Notes under the pieces: model-generated | Seen by the model: only the letters and a program-made list of their open reading frames with translations | The model's database searches: none | What the model was told of the DNA's origin: nothing | NCBI GenBank assembly: GCA_964396055.1 | Contig: CAYNDV010000006.1 | Coordinates: 1,024-65,023 of the forward strand | Source: an uncultured Vicinamibacterales bacterium | GTDB lineage: Bacteria > Acidobacteriota > Vicinamibacteria > Vicinamibacterales > JAKQTR01 | DNA length: 64,000 bases | Direction: 5' to 3' | Program-made: the position numbers and the translations under genes | Part shown: positions 27,420 to 36,052 of the stretch, piece by piece | Position numbering within the stretch: position 1 is the stretch's first letter | Layout of the letters: every line of letters begins with the position of its first letter

Positions 27420-29944
27420 GTCGCGCGCACACGCGCCACGATCAGCGTCCAGTCATCCGACTGCGCCGGCGCGCTGAAGGCCTTCACGTTCGCGACGACG
27501 CGCGCGATCAGGTCACGCGCCGGCAGGTCCCGGTGCTCCCGGATCACGTCCAGCAACCGGGCCTCGCCGTACTCCTCTCCGGCCTCGGACCAGGCTTCAG
27601 TGATGCCGTCAGAGTACATCACCAGCACGTCGCCGGGCTCGAGTATTCGCGCCGCCGTCCGGCTCACCAGATCGCCGAAGAACCCGATCGCGACCGCCGT
27701 GGGCGCCAGCCAGTCGGCACCGCCGTCGGCCCGCAGCAGCAGCGGCGGGTTGTGACCGCAGTTGACGTAGGTGAGCGTGCGCGTCCGTTCGTCGTAATCC
27801 CCGAAGAACATCGTCGCGAAGCGGTTTGGCGCGGTCGAGTCGTGGAACAGCGCGTTGACCGATCGCACCAGCGCGTCCGGGGCGCCGGCCGCCCGCGATG
27901 AGTGGCTGCGGACAATCGCCTGGAGATTGGCCATCAGGAGCGCAGCGGAAATGCCCTTGCCGGACACATCGGCGATGACGAAGCCGAGGCGGCCGGGTCC
28001 CAGGTCCAGGAAGTCGAAGTAATCGCCGCCGACGACCCGGGCCTGCGTGCACGTGCCGGCGTAGTCGAGCCTCGCGAGCGGCGGCCTCCGTTGCGGCAGC
28101 AGCAGCTGCTGCACGTCCTGCGCGATCGTGAGCTCGTACTCGTGGCGCCGCTCGGCCTCGAGGCGGCCCGCCATCTGCTCGGCCAGCGACAGGTTGTCAA
28201 GGGCCAGCGCGGCCTGGCTCGCGACGACCGCGAGCAGATCGGCATCCTCGCCCGAATACGGCTCCTCCGAGCGCCGGGGACCAAGGGCCAGCACACCCAG
28301 CATCTGCCTGTCTCGGCCAGTGACGCGCACGACGTGCTCGGGCGCCGGCTGCCAATCCAGCTTGCCGTTGTCCTCGGAGTCGATCCCGTCCACCGGCAGA
28401 ACCGCGGGCGCAGACGGCCACGTTCCGGCCATCTGCGCGAGTTGGCCGTCCCGATCGCGGAGATAGACCGCCATCGTGACGGGGTGGAGCGCATTGACCA
28501 CGTGCCGATGCAGCACCGTCGCCAGTTCGGCACGGTCCGTGATCCTGGCCGCCCGGCCCGCCAGATCCTGGAGCATGGCGCGCCCGTCGTACGCCTGGCG
28601 GAAGAACGCACGGTCGATGCGTCCGCCCACGCGCCGGTGGATCTGCGTCCCGCCCCACAGCAGCACCGTGCCGAGCGCCGCCCCCGCCGCGACGCCCCAC
28701 GGCAGGGCGGCCTGCCCGAGCGGTGCCAGCATCGGGGCCAGCCAGGCCGAGAATCCCACGATGACCCCCACGGTCAGCAGGGCGAGCACGATCGTGAAGC
28801 CCCGCTGGACCAGGAGGTACCGTGCGCCCCGCCGCAGCAGGACGGGAATCTCGAGCACCCGGTGCTTCACCACCGCGTAGGCCAGCGACATCGGCATGAG
28901 GAACGCGAAGGCCGCGCGGACGGCCGCCAGCCACGGCGGCTCCCGGTACCCCGCCAGGTTCGTGGCACCCACAATGAGCAGGTTGGGTACCAGCGCGACG
29001 GCCGTCCCCAGGAAGACGACGCGAGTCTTGCGCCGCGCCTGTTCGTCGGCGGCGCGGAAGAAGTTGGCGGCCAGCGCGAGGACGCCCAGCGACAGGACGC
29101 CGAGCAGCCACCACACGCCAAGTTGGGCCGACCGCTCGTCACCCACCCAGCCGTGGACGGGCAACGGCAGCCGGATCGATCCCGTCGCGACGCTACCCAG
29201 CACCATCGGGACGCCGCTGGCGAGGGCCGCCCACTTGAGCCACGGCAGCCGGCGATCCACCGGCGACCGGGCGGGGAACGTCGCGAAGAAGAGGTAGAAC
29301 AGCGGTCCGAACAGCCCGAGGAGCAGGCCCTGGTAGACGCGGGTGAAGGGGCGGAACCCGGGTGCGAACACGCCGAGGCTGTCCGGGAAGGCCGGGGTGG
29401 TGGCGAACCCGGCGAACACCACCGCCAGCAGCCAGGCCCGCCAGTCGTCGAGGCGCAGGAACAGCACCGCCAGGCCCACCACGACAAACGGCAGCGGGTA
29501 GGCGTTCAGGATCTCGCTGGCCAGGGCGCCCGCCAATCCAGTCGTCCGCGGCACGCGCCGCCGGAGGGTGGCCGTGACGCTGCGGGGCGCCCCGTCGCCG
29601 GGGCCGCGCAGCGTGAGCCGAACCACCTCGCCGGGTGCCCGTTCCGTCCAGGCTCGAGCCTGATACCCCGCGTCGGCAAGCGGCAGACCGTCGATGGCCA
29701 GCAGCCGGTCGCCCGGCCGCATGCCCGCCCGTTCGGCCGGGCTGTCCGGCAGCACCAGCGTGATCAGTTGCGCCTGCTCAGCAGCCAGGTAGCTGGAATC
29801 GTAGCCGAGTTCCACCGCGGGCTGGAACCTGACGGCCATCATCCAGAGGGTCACGTACAGCAGCGTGGCAGCGCCGAACAGCGCGGCTGCCGACCACCGC
29901 AGGGCCGCCCGTCCCGTCACCGGTCGCCTGCCAACCGGCCGCAC
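27416..29944 (-). CDS. membrane-bound PDZ-GAF-PP2C (SpoIIE-family) protein phosphatase
   Basis: 842 aa; PDSPAERAGMRPGDRLLAIDG (PDZ), about 8 TM helices, GAF-like region, then GGDYFDF, ADVSGKGISAALLM, CGHNPP, YSDGITEA and DDWTLIV PP2C/SpoIIE motifs. Confidence 0.88.
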   Translation of the reverse strand: MRPVGRRPVTGRAALRWSAAALFGAATLLYVTLWMMAVRFQPAVELGYDSSYLAAEQAQLITLVLPDSPAERAGMRPGDRLLAIDGLPLADAGYQARAWTERAPGEVVRLTLRGPGDGAPRSVTATLRRRVPRTTGLAGALASEILNAYPLPFVVVGLAVLFLRLDDWRAWLLAVVFAGFATTPAFPDSLGVFAPGFRPFTRVYQGLLLGLFGPLFYLFFATFPARSPVDRRLPWLKWAALASGVPMVLGSVATGSIRLPLPVHGWVGDERSAQLGVWWLLGVLSLGVLALAANFFRAADEQARRKTRVVFLGTAVALVPNLLIVGATNLAGYREPPWLAAVRAAFAFLMPMSLAYAVVKHRVLEIPVLLRRGARYLLVQRGFTIVLALLTVGVIVGFSAWLAPMLAPLGQAALPWGVAAGAALGTVLLWGGTQIHRRVGGRIDRAFFRQAYDGRAMLQDLAGRAARITDRAELATVLHRHVVNALHPVTMAVYLRDRDGQLAQMAGTWPSAPAVLPVDGIDSEDNGKLDWQPAPEHVVRVTGRDRQMLGVLALGPRRSEEPYSGEDADLLAVVASQAALALDNLSLAEQMAGRLEAERRHEYELTIAQDVQQLLLPQRRPPLARLDYAGTCTQARVVGGDYFDFLDLGPGRLGFVIADVSGKGISAALLMANLQAIVRSHSSRAAGAPDALVRSVNALFHDSTAPNRFATMFFGDYDERTRTLTYVNCGHNPPLLLRADGGADWLAPTAVAIGFFGDLVSRTAARILEPGDVLVMYSDGITEAWSEAGEEYGEARLLDVIREHRDLPARDLIARVVANVKAFSAPAQSDDWTLIVARVRAT

Positions 29945-29959
29945 GGTGTCGTGACGACA

Positions 29960-30523
29960 CTAGACATGCCACCCCTCGCCGAAGGCCGGACCCGCCAGCG
30001 TCCGGGCATACGCGGCAACGTCACCCGGCCAGCCGGCCGTGTGGGCGCCGAACCGGCCCCCGTCGCACGCGAACAACGCGCGGCAGGCCTCCTCGAAGCC
30101 CGGCTCGTTTCCCGCAATCGCCGTCATGAACCGGAACGCAGCCTCCTGGGCCCGCCGCGTGCGGTCCGCACCCGCGCGATCGCGGATGGCCCGCTCGACC
30201 AGCCTGCGCAGCACCACCGACGCGCCGCCCGGCTGACTGGCCAGCCACTCCCAGTGGCGCGGCAGCAGGGTTACCTCCCGCCCGATCACCCCGAGGCGCG
30301 GGCGGCCGGGACCTCGGGGCTCAGCGGGCGCATTCGCGGGCCGCTCGGTGTCCGGCCCCCGCAGATCCAGGTCCACCTGCGTCCCGGATGCATCGTCGAA
30401 CACCAGAACCGGCGTGTGCTCAGCCGCATCCAGCAATTCCCTCACGACCGCTGCTGCGCGGTCGCGGTCTCCGCGTGCAATTGCCCTGCTGCCAGCAAAC
30501 ACCGTCACCGACTCCGGTCTCAT
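29960..30523 (-). CDS. DUF2239 domain-containing protein
   Basis: Start set to ATG 30523 (AAGGAAGGG 5-8 nt upstream); alternative ATG 30544; GRPRLGVIGREVTLLPRHWEWLASQPGGASVVLRRLVE matches my memory of DUF2239. Confidence 0.7.
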   Translation of the reverse strand: MRPESVTVFAGSRAIARGDRDRAAAVVRELLDAAEHTPVLVFDDASGTQVDLDLRGPDTERPANAPAEPRGPGRPRLGVIGREVTLLPRHWEWLASQPGGASVVLRRLVERAIRDRAGADRTRRAQEAAFRFMTAIAGNEPGFEEACRALFACDGGRFGAHTAGWPGDVAAYARTLAGPAFGEGWHV

Positions 30524-30552
30524 CGTCCCTTCCTTCTGGATCATGAGGCCAG

Positions 30553-30581
30553 ATATTACCCGGATGAAACGTAGATGTCAA
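30553..30581 (-). promoter_or_regulatory. near-consensus sigma70-type promoter (TTGACA-17 nt-TAATAT)
   Basis: Minus strand reads TTGACA (30581-30576), 17-nt spacer, TAATAT (30558-30553); located in a 94-nt island of about 47% G+C by hand count; 8 nt upstream of ATG 30544. Confidence 0.6.
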
Positions 30582-30638
30582 TATCACCAGGGTAAAATAA
30601 GCCCTATGTGGATGGCCCGACGACAAGAGCATCAACTA

Positions 30639-31154
30639 TCACGCATTCATACACTTACGGACCGTATCCCATGTTCTGGTGGTGACGTCGCTCCCCAGCG
30701 TCCGCTCGATCAGGGTCATGAAAACAGGGCCGCGCGGGTTCGGCACGTAGGCCGTGAAAACCTCGCGGCCGGTCGTCGCCATCATGTGCACGCCCTCGGT
30801 GACGGCCGGTAGAATCAGGCGACCCGGGTGCGGGTCGCGGAGGAATGTGACCACTCGCTTGGCGCCGGCAGGGATCCGAAAGGCCACGTAGGGATCACCG
30901 GCCGTGAGGTCGCGTAGCGCCATGACCGGCCTCACAATCGTGAAGAACGGGCGGTCCAGCACCCGGTCCATGGCAGCCTCGGCGCGGCGCTCCAGCATGG
31001 CCTCCGACGCCGACCGTGCGTCGAACACCACGTTGCCGCTCGACAGCACCGTCCTGATGTTCGTGAACCCCGCGCTCTCGAAGGCGCGTGTCAGGTCGGC
31101 CATCTTCGCGTTGACCGGGCTCACGCCTCGCAGGAACGCCACGTACCTGGGCAT
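30639..31154 (-). CDS. DUF1697 domain-containing protein
   Basis: 171 aa; MPRYVAFLRGVSPVNAKMADLTRAFESAGFTNIRTVLSSGNVVF is the characteristic DUF1697 N-terminus. Confidence 0.8.
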   Translation of the reverse strand: MPRYVAFLRGVSPVNAKMADLTRAFESAGFTNIRTVLSSGNVVFDARSASEAMLERRAEAAMDRVLDRPFFTIVRPVMALRDLTAGDPYVAFRIPAGAKRVVTFLRDPHPGRLILPAVTEGVHMMATTGREVFTAYVPNPRGPVFMTLIERTLGSDVTTRTWDTVRKCMNA

Positions 31155-31217
31155 GCCTCTACCCTCTAGCCTCTAGCCTCTAGCCTCTAGCCTCTAGCCT
31201 CTAGCCTCTAGCCTCTA
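31155..31217. repeat. perfect tandem heptamer array (GCCTCTA)x9, one unit CCCTCTA
   Basis: Fills the entire mutL / DUF1697 intergenic space; minus strand reads (TAGAGGC)n; the first TAG is the mutL stop, and the last unit abuts the DUF1697 ATG. Confidence 0.97.
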
Positions 31218-33020
31218 GATGCGCTGGAAGTTCTTCTCGATCTCGCGCCGCGACAGGCGCAGCATCACGGGACGCCCGTGTGGGCACACCGTGGAATACG
31301 CCGTCCGCCGCAACTCCTCGAGGATATGCACCATCTTGTCGTGCGAGAGCGGCATGTTCGCCTTCACCGCCGCATGGCAGGCCATCGTCGCCGCGATCTG
31401 GCGCAACTGGTCGTGCACGGCGGCCTTCCCGCCCAGCCCTTCGAGATCCTCTGCCAGCGCGCGCACGGCGCCGGCGGCCTGGTCGGCGTTCAGCAGCACT
31501 GGCATGGCCGCCACCCGGACACTCGCCGGCCCGAACTCTTCGATCTCGAATCCGCACTGGTGCAGTTCGGTGGTGCGCTGCAGCAGGACGGCGCGCGCAT
31601 CCGGCGGCAGGTCGAGCACCAGCGGCGTCAGCAGCCGCTGGCTCTCCATGTCACCGCTGGTCAGCCGGCTCATGAAACGTTCGTAAAGGACGCGTTCGTG
31701 CGCGACGTGCTGATCGATGATGGCCACGCCGTCGCTGTCGACGGCGATGATGAACGTGTCGCGGAACTGCCCCAGCGGCAGCAGCGGCTTGATGGCCACC
31801 TCCGCCAGCGAGGCCCCGGCTCGTTCGACCGACGGCGGCACCGCAGACGTCATCGGCGCGGGGGCCGGCCGTTCCCACGGGTCGCGCGCGTCAAACGCCG
31901 GCAGGTCCGGGCGCGGCCCGGGCACGGCTCCTCCCCCGCTTTCCACGCGCGTCATCGACGACAGCACGTCGGGCAGTGACTGGGCCACAGGGCCGGCCCA
32001 GGGCGCAGGCGGCGGCGCCAGCTGTAGTTCCGGTGCCGCCTGGGTGCCGATGGCGTCGGCGACCGCCCGCCGAATCACCTCGTGCACCAGCGACTGGTGC
32101 CGGAACCGCACCTCGGCCTTGGTCGGGTGCACGTTGACGTCCACGGCGTCGGCCGGCATCTCGATGAACAGATGGGCCTCGGGGCTGCGCTCGCGCGCCG
32201 TGGCGCGCGCGTACGCGTCGATCACCGCGTGCGCAATCGTGCGGTCCTTGACGATGCGGCGGTTGATGAAGAACTGCTGGGCGCCTCGGGTGGGGCCCTC
32301 GTCGGCGAGGGCGGCCACGTAGCCCGTCACCCGGATTCCGCCGCCTTCGCGCGACACGGGCACGAGATCCTTCCGCTCGCCGTAGATCTGGAAGAACCGC
32401 TCGTCGAGGCGCAGGGCCGGCGGCACGCGCAGCAGCGTGCGGGGCCCGCTCGTCAGCGTGAAGCCCACCTCGGGATGCGCCAGCGCCAGCAGCGTCACCA
32501 TACGCGACACCTGCGTGGCTTCGGCCACGTCCGACTTCAGGAACTTGCGGCGCGCGGGCAGGTTGTAGAACAGATCGCCCACCTCGACGACGGTGCCGGG
32601 CGCCAGGCCCACCTCGGCCACGGACGCGACGATGCCGCCGTTGATGCGGATCTCGGTGCCCGCCACGGCGTCGCGCGGCCGGGTGCGCAGGACGAGGTGG
32701 GAGACCGAGGCGATGCTGGGCAGGGCCTCGCCGCGGAACCCCATGGTGCGGATCGCCTCGAGATCCTCGGCGCGCGCGATCTTGCTCGTGGCGTGGCGCT
32801 CGAGCGCCAGCCGCGCATCGTCCGGATCCATGCCGAACCCGTCGTCTTCGACGCGCAGCAGCTTCTTGCCGCCGAGTTCCATCGCCACCGACACGCGCGT
32901 GGCACCGGCGTCGAGGGCGTTCTCCACCAGTTCCTTCACGACGGAGGCGGGCCGCTCCACCACCTCGCCGGCGGCGATCTGGTTGGCCAGTTCGGGCGAG
33001 AGCCTGAGGATCCGTCCCAT
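31215..33020 (-). CDS. mutL: DNA mismatch repair endonuclease MutL
   Basis: 601 aa from ATG 33020 (MGRILRLSPELANQIAAGEVVERPASVVKELVENALDAG = GHKL ATPase motif I); C-terminal DQHVAHERVLYE endonuclease motif and CPHGRP. Confidence 0.95.
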   Translation of the reverse strand: MGRILRLSPELANQIAAGEVVERPASVVKELVENALDAGATRVSVAMELGGKKLLRVEDDGFGMDPDDARLALERHATSKIARAEDLEAIRTMGFRGEALPSIASVSHLVLRTRPRDAVAGTEIRINGGIVASVAEVGLAPGTVVEVGDLFYNLPARRKFLKSDVAEATQVSRMVTLLALAHPEVGFTLTSGPRTLLRVPPALRLDERFFQIYGERKDLVPVSREGGGIRVTGYVAALADEGPTRGAQQFFINRRIVKDRTIAHAVIDAYARATARERSPEAHLFIEMPADAVDVNVHPTKAEVRFRHQSLVHEVIRRAVADAIGTQAAPELQLAPPPAPWAGPVAQSLPDVLSSMTRVESGGGAVPGPRPDLPAFDARDPWERPAPAPMTSAVPPSVERAGASLAEVAIKPLLPLGQFRDTFIIAVDSDGVAIIDQHVAHERVLYERFMSRLTSGDMESQRLLTPLVLDLPPDARAVLLQRTTELHQCGFEIEEFGPASVRVAAMPVLLNADQAAGAVRALAEDLEGLGGKAAVHDQLRQIAATMACHAAVKANMPLSHDKMVHILEELRRTAYSTVCPHGRPVMLRLSRREIEKNFQRI

Positions 33021-33022
33021 GC

Positions 33023-33985
33023 CTACAGCCACTTCCTCCAGCGGAAGGCCGCGAGCATGCCCGCAGACATCGCCAGCATCATCAGCAGCACCCACCAGAA
33101 CTGGATGTCTTCGCCGCCGGGCAGGTGCGGCAGGCGTACGTTCATGCCGTACAGACTCGTGAGGACGGTCAACGGCAGGAAAATCGTCGACAGGATGGTC
33201 AGGACCTTCATGACCGAGTTCAGGCGGTTCGACACGTTCGACAGGTGCGTCTCGAACATGGCGGTCACGCGATCCTGGAACAGAAGGGCTTCGTCCGACA
33301 CCCGCACCACGTGGTCGTACACGTCGCGGAACCGGAACGCCAGCTCGTCGCTCAGTTGCGGGAACTCGCGGCGGCCCAGGCGCCCCAGCACGTCGCGCTG
33401 GGGCAGGACCACCCGCCGCAACGAGGTCACGTCGCGCTTCAGGCTGAGGATCTCACGGACCACGTCGCCATTGTCGCGATTCTCCAGGATCCGTTCCTCG
33501 AGATCGTCGAGGCGCCCCTCGATCCGGTCCACCTCGGGCCGGTAGTGGTCGACCATGGTATCGACCAGCCGGTGCAGCAGCGCCGCGGGGCCCTCCGACA
33601 GGACCCGCTCGTTGCGCAGGCAGACCCCGGCCACCTCGGGGAACGACCGCGACAGGCTGTCGTGAATCGTGAGGAGGAAGTTGGGGCCGAGAAAGAAGTC
33701 CACGTCGTGCGTGGCCAGCTCGGTGGCCGTCGAATCGATCCCGTGGAGGATGACGTAGAGATAACCGTCGTAGCTCTCGATCTTGGGGTGGTGGGTCTCG
33801 GCCCGCGCGTCCTCGATCGACAGCGGGTGGATGCGGAACGGCGACGACAGGAGCGCGAACTCCTCGTCGGTGGGATCCGTCAGGTCGACCCAGAACACCA
33901 CGCCGGTCGTGGGATCGAACCACTCGGAGTCGAGGCGATCGGCGCGCGCCGTCTTGCCGTGGCGGTAGAAATAGATATCGAGCAT
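33023..33985 (-). CDS. corA: magnesium/cobalt transporter CorA
   Basis: 320 aa; two C-terminal TM helices flanking the YGMNV signature (LTSLYGMNVRLP). Confidence 0.93.
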   Translation of the reverse strand: MLDIYFYRHGKTARADRLDSEWFDPTTGVVFWVDLTDPTDEEFALLSSPFRIHPLSIEDARAETHHPKIESYDGYLYVILHGIDSTATELATHDVDFFLGPNFLLTIHDSLSRSFPEVAGVCLRNERVLSEGPAALLHRLVDTMVDHYRPEVDRIEGRLDDLEERILENRDNGDVVREILSLKRDVTSLRRVVLPQRDVLGRLGRREFPQLSDELAFRFRDVYDHVVRVSDEALLFQDRVTAMFETHLSNVSNRLNSVMKVLTILSTIFLPLTVLTSLYGMNVRLPHLPGGEDIQFWWVLLMMLAMSAGMLAAFRWRKWL

Positions 33986-34057
33986 AAGGCCGGCTCCGGG
34001 CTCCAGGCTTCGGCCGCGGGCCTGGCGGCAATCGAGGATCCTACACCAAGGGTCGCG

Positions 34058-34450
34058 TCACTGCCCCTCGGGGGGCTGCCACAGTTCCACCTTGTTGCCC
34101 TCGGGATCCATCACCCAGCCGAACTTGCCGAACTCGGAGTCCTCGGTCTTCTCCACGACCTCGCAGCCTTCCCGGCGCAGCACCTCGAGCAGGCCCGCCA
34201 GGTCCGCCACGCGGTAGTTGATCATGAAGGACGAGGTGCTGGGTGCGAAGTAATCCCCGCCCGCACTGGAGATCGACCACACGGTCGTGCCCTTCGCGGG
34301 ATTGCCGGCTTCATCGGTCCAGCTGAATGCGGCACCGCCCCAGTCCTGCACGTCGATGCCCAGGTGGGTGTGGTACCAGGCTCTCAACGCGACGGGGTCC
34401 TTCGCCTTGAAGAAGATGCCCCCGATTCCTGTCACTCGCTTCATGGACAT
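34058..34450 (-). CDS. VOC (glyoxalase/bleomycin-resistance fold) family protein
   Basis: 130 aa; GIGGIFFKAKDPVALRAWY... and FGKFGWVMDPEGNKVELWQP are typical VOC beta-alpha-beta-beta-beta modules. Confidence 0.8.
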   Translation of the reverse strand: MSMKRVTGIGGIFFKAKDPVALRAWYHTHLGIDVQDWGGAAFSWTDEAGNPAKGTTVWSISSAGGDYFAPSTSSFMINYRVADLAGLLEVLRREGCEVVEKTEDSEFGKFGWVMDPEGNKVELWQPPEGQ

Positions 34451-34672
34451 CTCCTCGTGCCTTCCTGTGCAAAGTACCGCTGGTGGCCTGCGGGGTCTGG
34501 GGCCCCGTAACGTCAGTGGCCCTGCACCGCTCGATCAGCGCGACACGTCTGCGCACGCGCAACGACCCGCGGGCGAGGCCGGGCCGCACGAGGCGCGACT
34601 CGGCCGGCCCAATCACGTCCGCACACTTGTCGCGTGGTTGCCCAGTATACACGTTCGCTGGCCCTGAACCGG

Positions 34673-35377
34673 TTACCCATCACTGGCAACGGCCACCGCG
34701 GCCCGCAGCGCCGCGCGCGCCAGCAGGCGGGTGGAATCGAGCGTCGGCAGCGGGCAGTCCTGCGGGTCGACGAGCAGCGGAATCTCGGTGCACCCGAGGA
34801 TGACGCCGTCACACCCGCGGGCCTTCATCGACTCGATGACCGTGTTGAAGTCCAGCCTCGACGCCTCGGTGAAGACGCCGTTGACGAGTTCCGTGAAGAT
34901 GATGGCGTCGATGCGCTCCCGGTCCACCTCGTCCGGGATCTGAACAGCGATGCCAAACCGGCTCAGCCGGTCACGGTATACGGGGCCGGTCATGAGGTAC
35001 TTCGTGCCTGTGACGGCAAGGTTCGTGAGTCTCCGCGCCCGGGCGTCTTCAGCCACCGCGTCGGCGATGTGCAGCCAGGGAATGGGCGATCGTGCCGCGA
35101 CCAGGTCGAACGCCTGGTGGATGGTGTTGTCGGGGCAGATGGCCAACTGGGCGCCGATGGCCGCCAGGCGTTCCGCGGACGACAACATCAGCCCAGCCAC
35201 GCCAGGCCAGTTCCCGGCCCGGATGTGAACCATGTATTCACCCAGCGGGTGGGTATGCATGGACACTTCGGGGTGCATGTGCTCGCCCATGACCGCCGGG
35301 GCCGAGGCGCACAACGTGCGGTAACACAGCGCGGCGCCCTCGGCACTGCACGCCACGATGCCGACGTGTTTCGACAT
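34673..35377 (-). CDS. aspartate/glutamate racemase family protein
   Basis: 234 aa from ATG 35377 (MSKHVGIVACSAEGAALCY); second catalytic Cys region VILGCTEIPLLV. Confidence 0.8.
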   Translation of the reverse strand: MSKHVGIVACSAEGAALCYRTLCASAPAVMGEHMHPEVSMHTHPLGEYMVHIRAGNWPGVAGLMLSSAERLAAIGAQLAICPDNTIHQAFDLVAARSPIPWLHIADAVAEDARARRLTNLAVTGTKYLMTGPVYRDRLSRFGIAVQIPDEVDRERIDAIIFTELVNGVFTEASRLDFNTVIESMKARGCDGVILGCTEIPLLVDPQDCPLPTLDSTRLLARAALRAAVAVASDG

Positions 35378-35418
35378 CTGCCGGTCGCCCTTCCCGCAAC
35401 GGCCTGTGCAGGTGCTGG

Positions 35419-35973
35419 TCATCGCTCAACCTCGTAGCGCAGCCTGACCACGCCGTCGGCATACCGCTTCGAGGAGCGCAGGCGCAGCGCCAGGTCCCGG
35501 CGTCGCGGGGCCACGAGCGGGATGCCCTTGCCGATGAACACCGGGATGACGTGCAGCTCGAATTCGTCGATTTCGCCGGCGTCCAGGAATGAGGCGATCA
35601 AGCCGGCGCCCCCCATCATCCAGATGTGCTTGCCCGGGGTGGCCCGCAGCTGCCGCGCGAACGTCTTCACCGGCTGCGACACGAACGTCACACCTGCGGC
35701 CGGCGTCTTGGGCGGCTTGCGCGAGAACACGTAATTCGCCCGGGTAGGATCGAAGAGCCCCGTGGTCCTGCCGCGTTTCCTGTGGTAGTTCAGGAGCCAG
35801 TCGTACGTCTTGCGCCCCCAGAGGATCGTGTCGATCGTCGAGTAGAACCTCGTCATGCCGTAGTCGAGGTCCTGAGGCCGGCGATTCAGCCATTCGACGT
35901 CCCCGTCCGGCCGGGCGATGTAGCCGTCGGCGCTCGTCGCGAGATAGGCGATGATCTTCCGTTTCGTCGTCAT
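35419..35973 (-). CDS. dihydrofolate reductase family protein (RibD C-terminal domain type)
   Basis: 184 aa from ATG 35973; IAYLATSADGYIARPDGDVEWL and GEIDEFELHVIPVFIGKGIPL are RibD_C hallmarks. Confidence 0.8.
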   Translation of the reverse strand: MTTKRKIIAYLATSADGYIARPDGDVEWLNRRPQDLDYGMTRFYSTIDTILWGRKTYDWLLNYHRKRGRTTGLFDPTRANYVFSRKPPKTPAAGVTFVSQPVKTFARQLRATPGKHIWMMGGAGLIASFLDAGEIDEFELHVIPVFIGKGIPLVAPRRRDLALRLRSSKRYADGVVRLRYEVER

Positions 35974-36052
35974 GTTGGCCCCGCAACACGCTGGCTGCGC
36001 CCCCGCCTGAGCCGCGTCGTGACACGCAACTCCAGTCGGATGCCAGCATCGA

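Noticed and set aside
27902-30574. 890-aa plus-strand ORF, and similar long ORFs at 41123-43483, 49042-51969, 56438-58708, 46028-47764, 33125-34510, 7832-9157 and 19082-20575
   Set aside because: All are antisense or out of frame relative to well-supported genes (PP2C phosphatase, glyS, aspS/hisS, korA, corC, corA, amidohydrolase, greA/TrmH-family gene). Their translations are Arg/Gly/His/Pro-rich low complexity.
31155-31217. Could the tandem arrays be CRISPR arrays?
   Set aside because: The units are 7-8 nt and directly abutting, with no spacers. There is no leader, no cas genes, and the arrays are far too short. They are microsatellite/STRR-type repeats.
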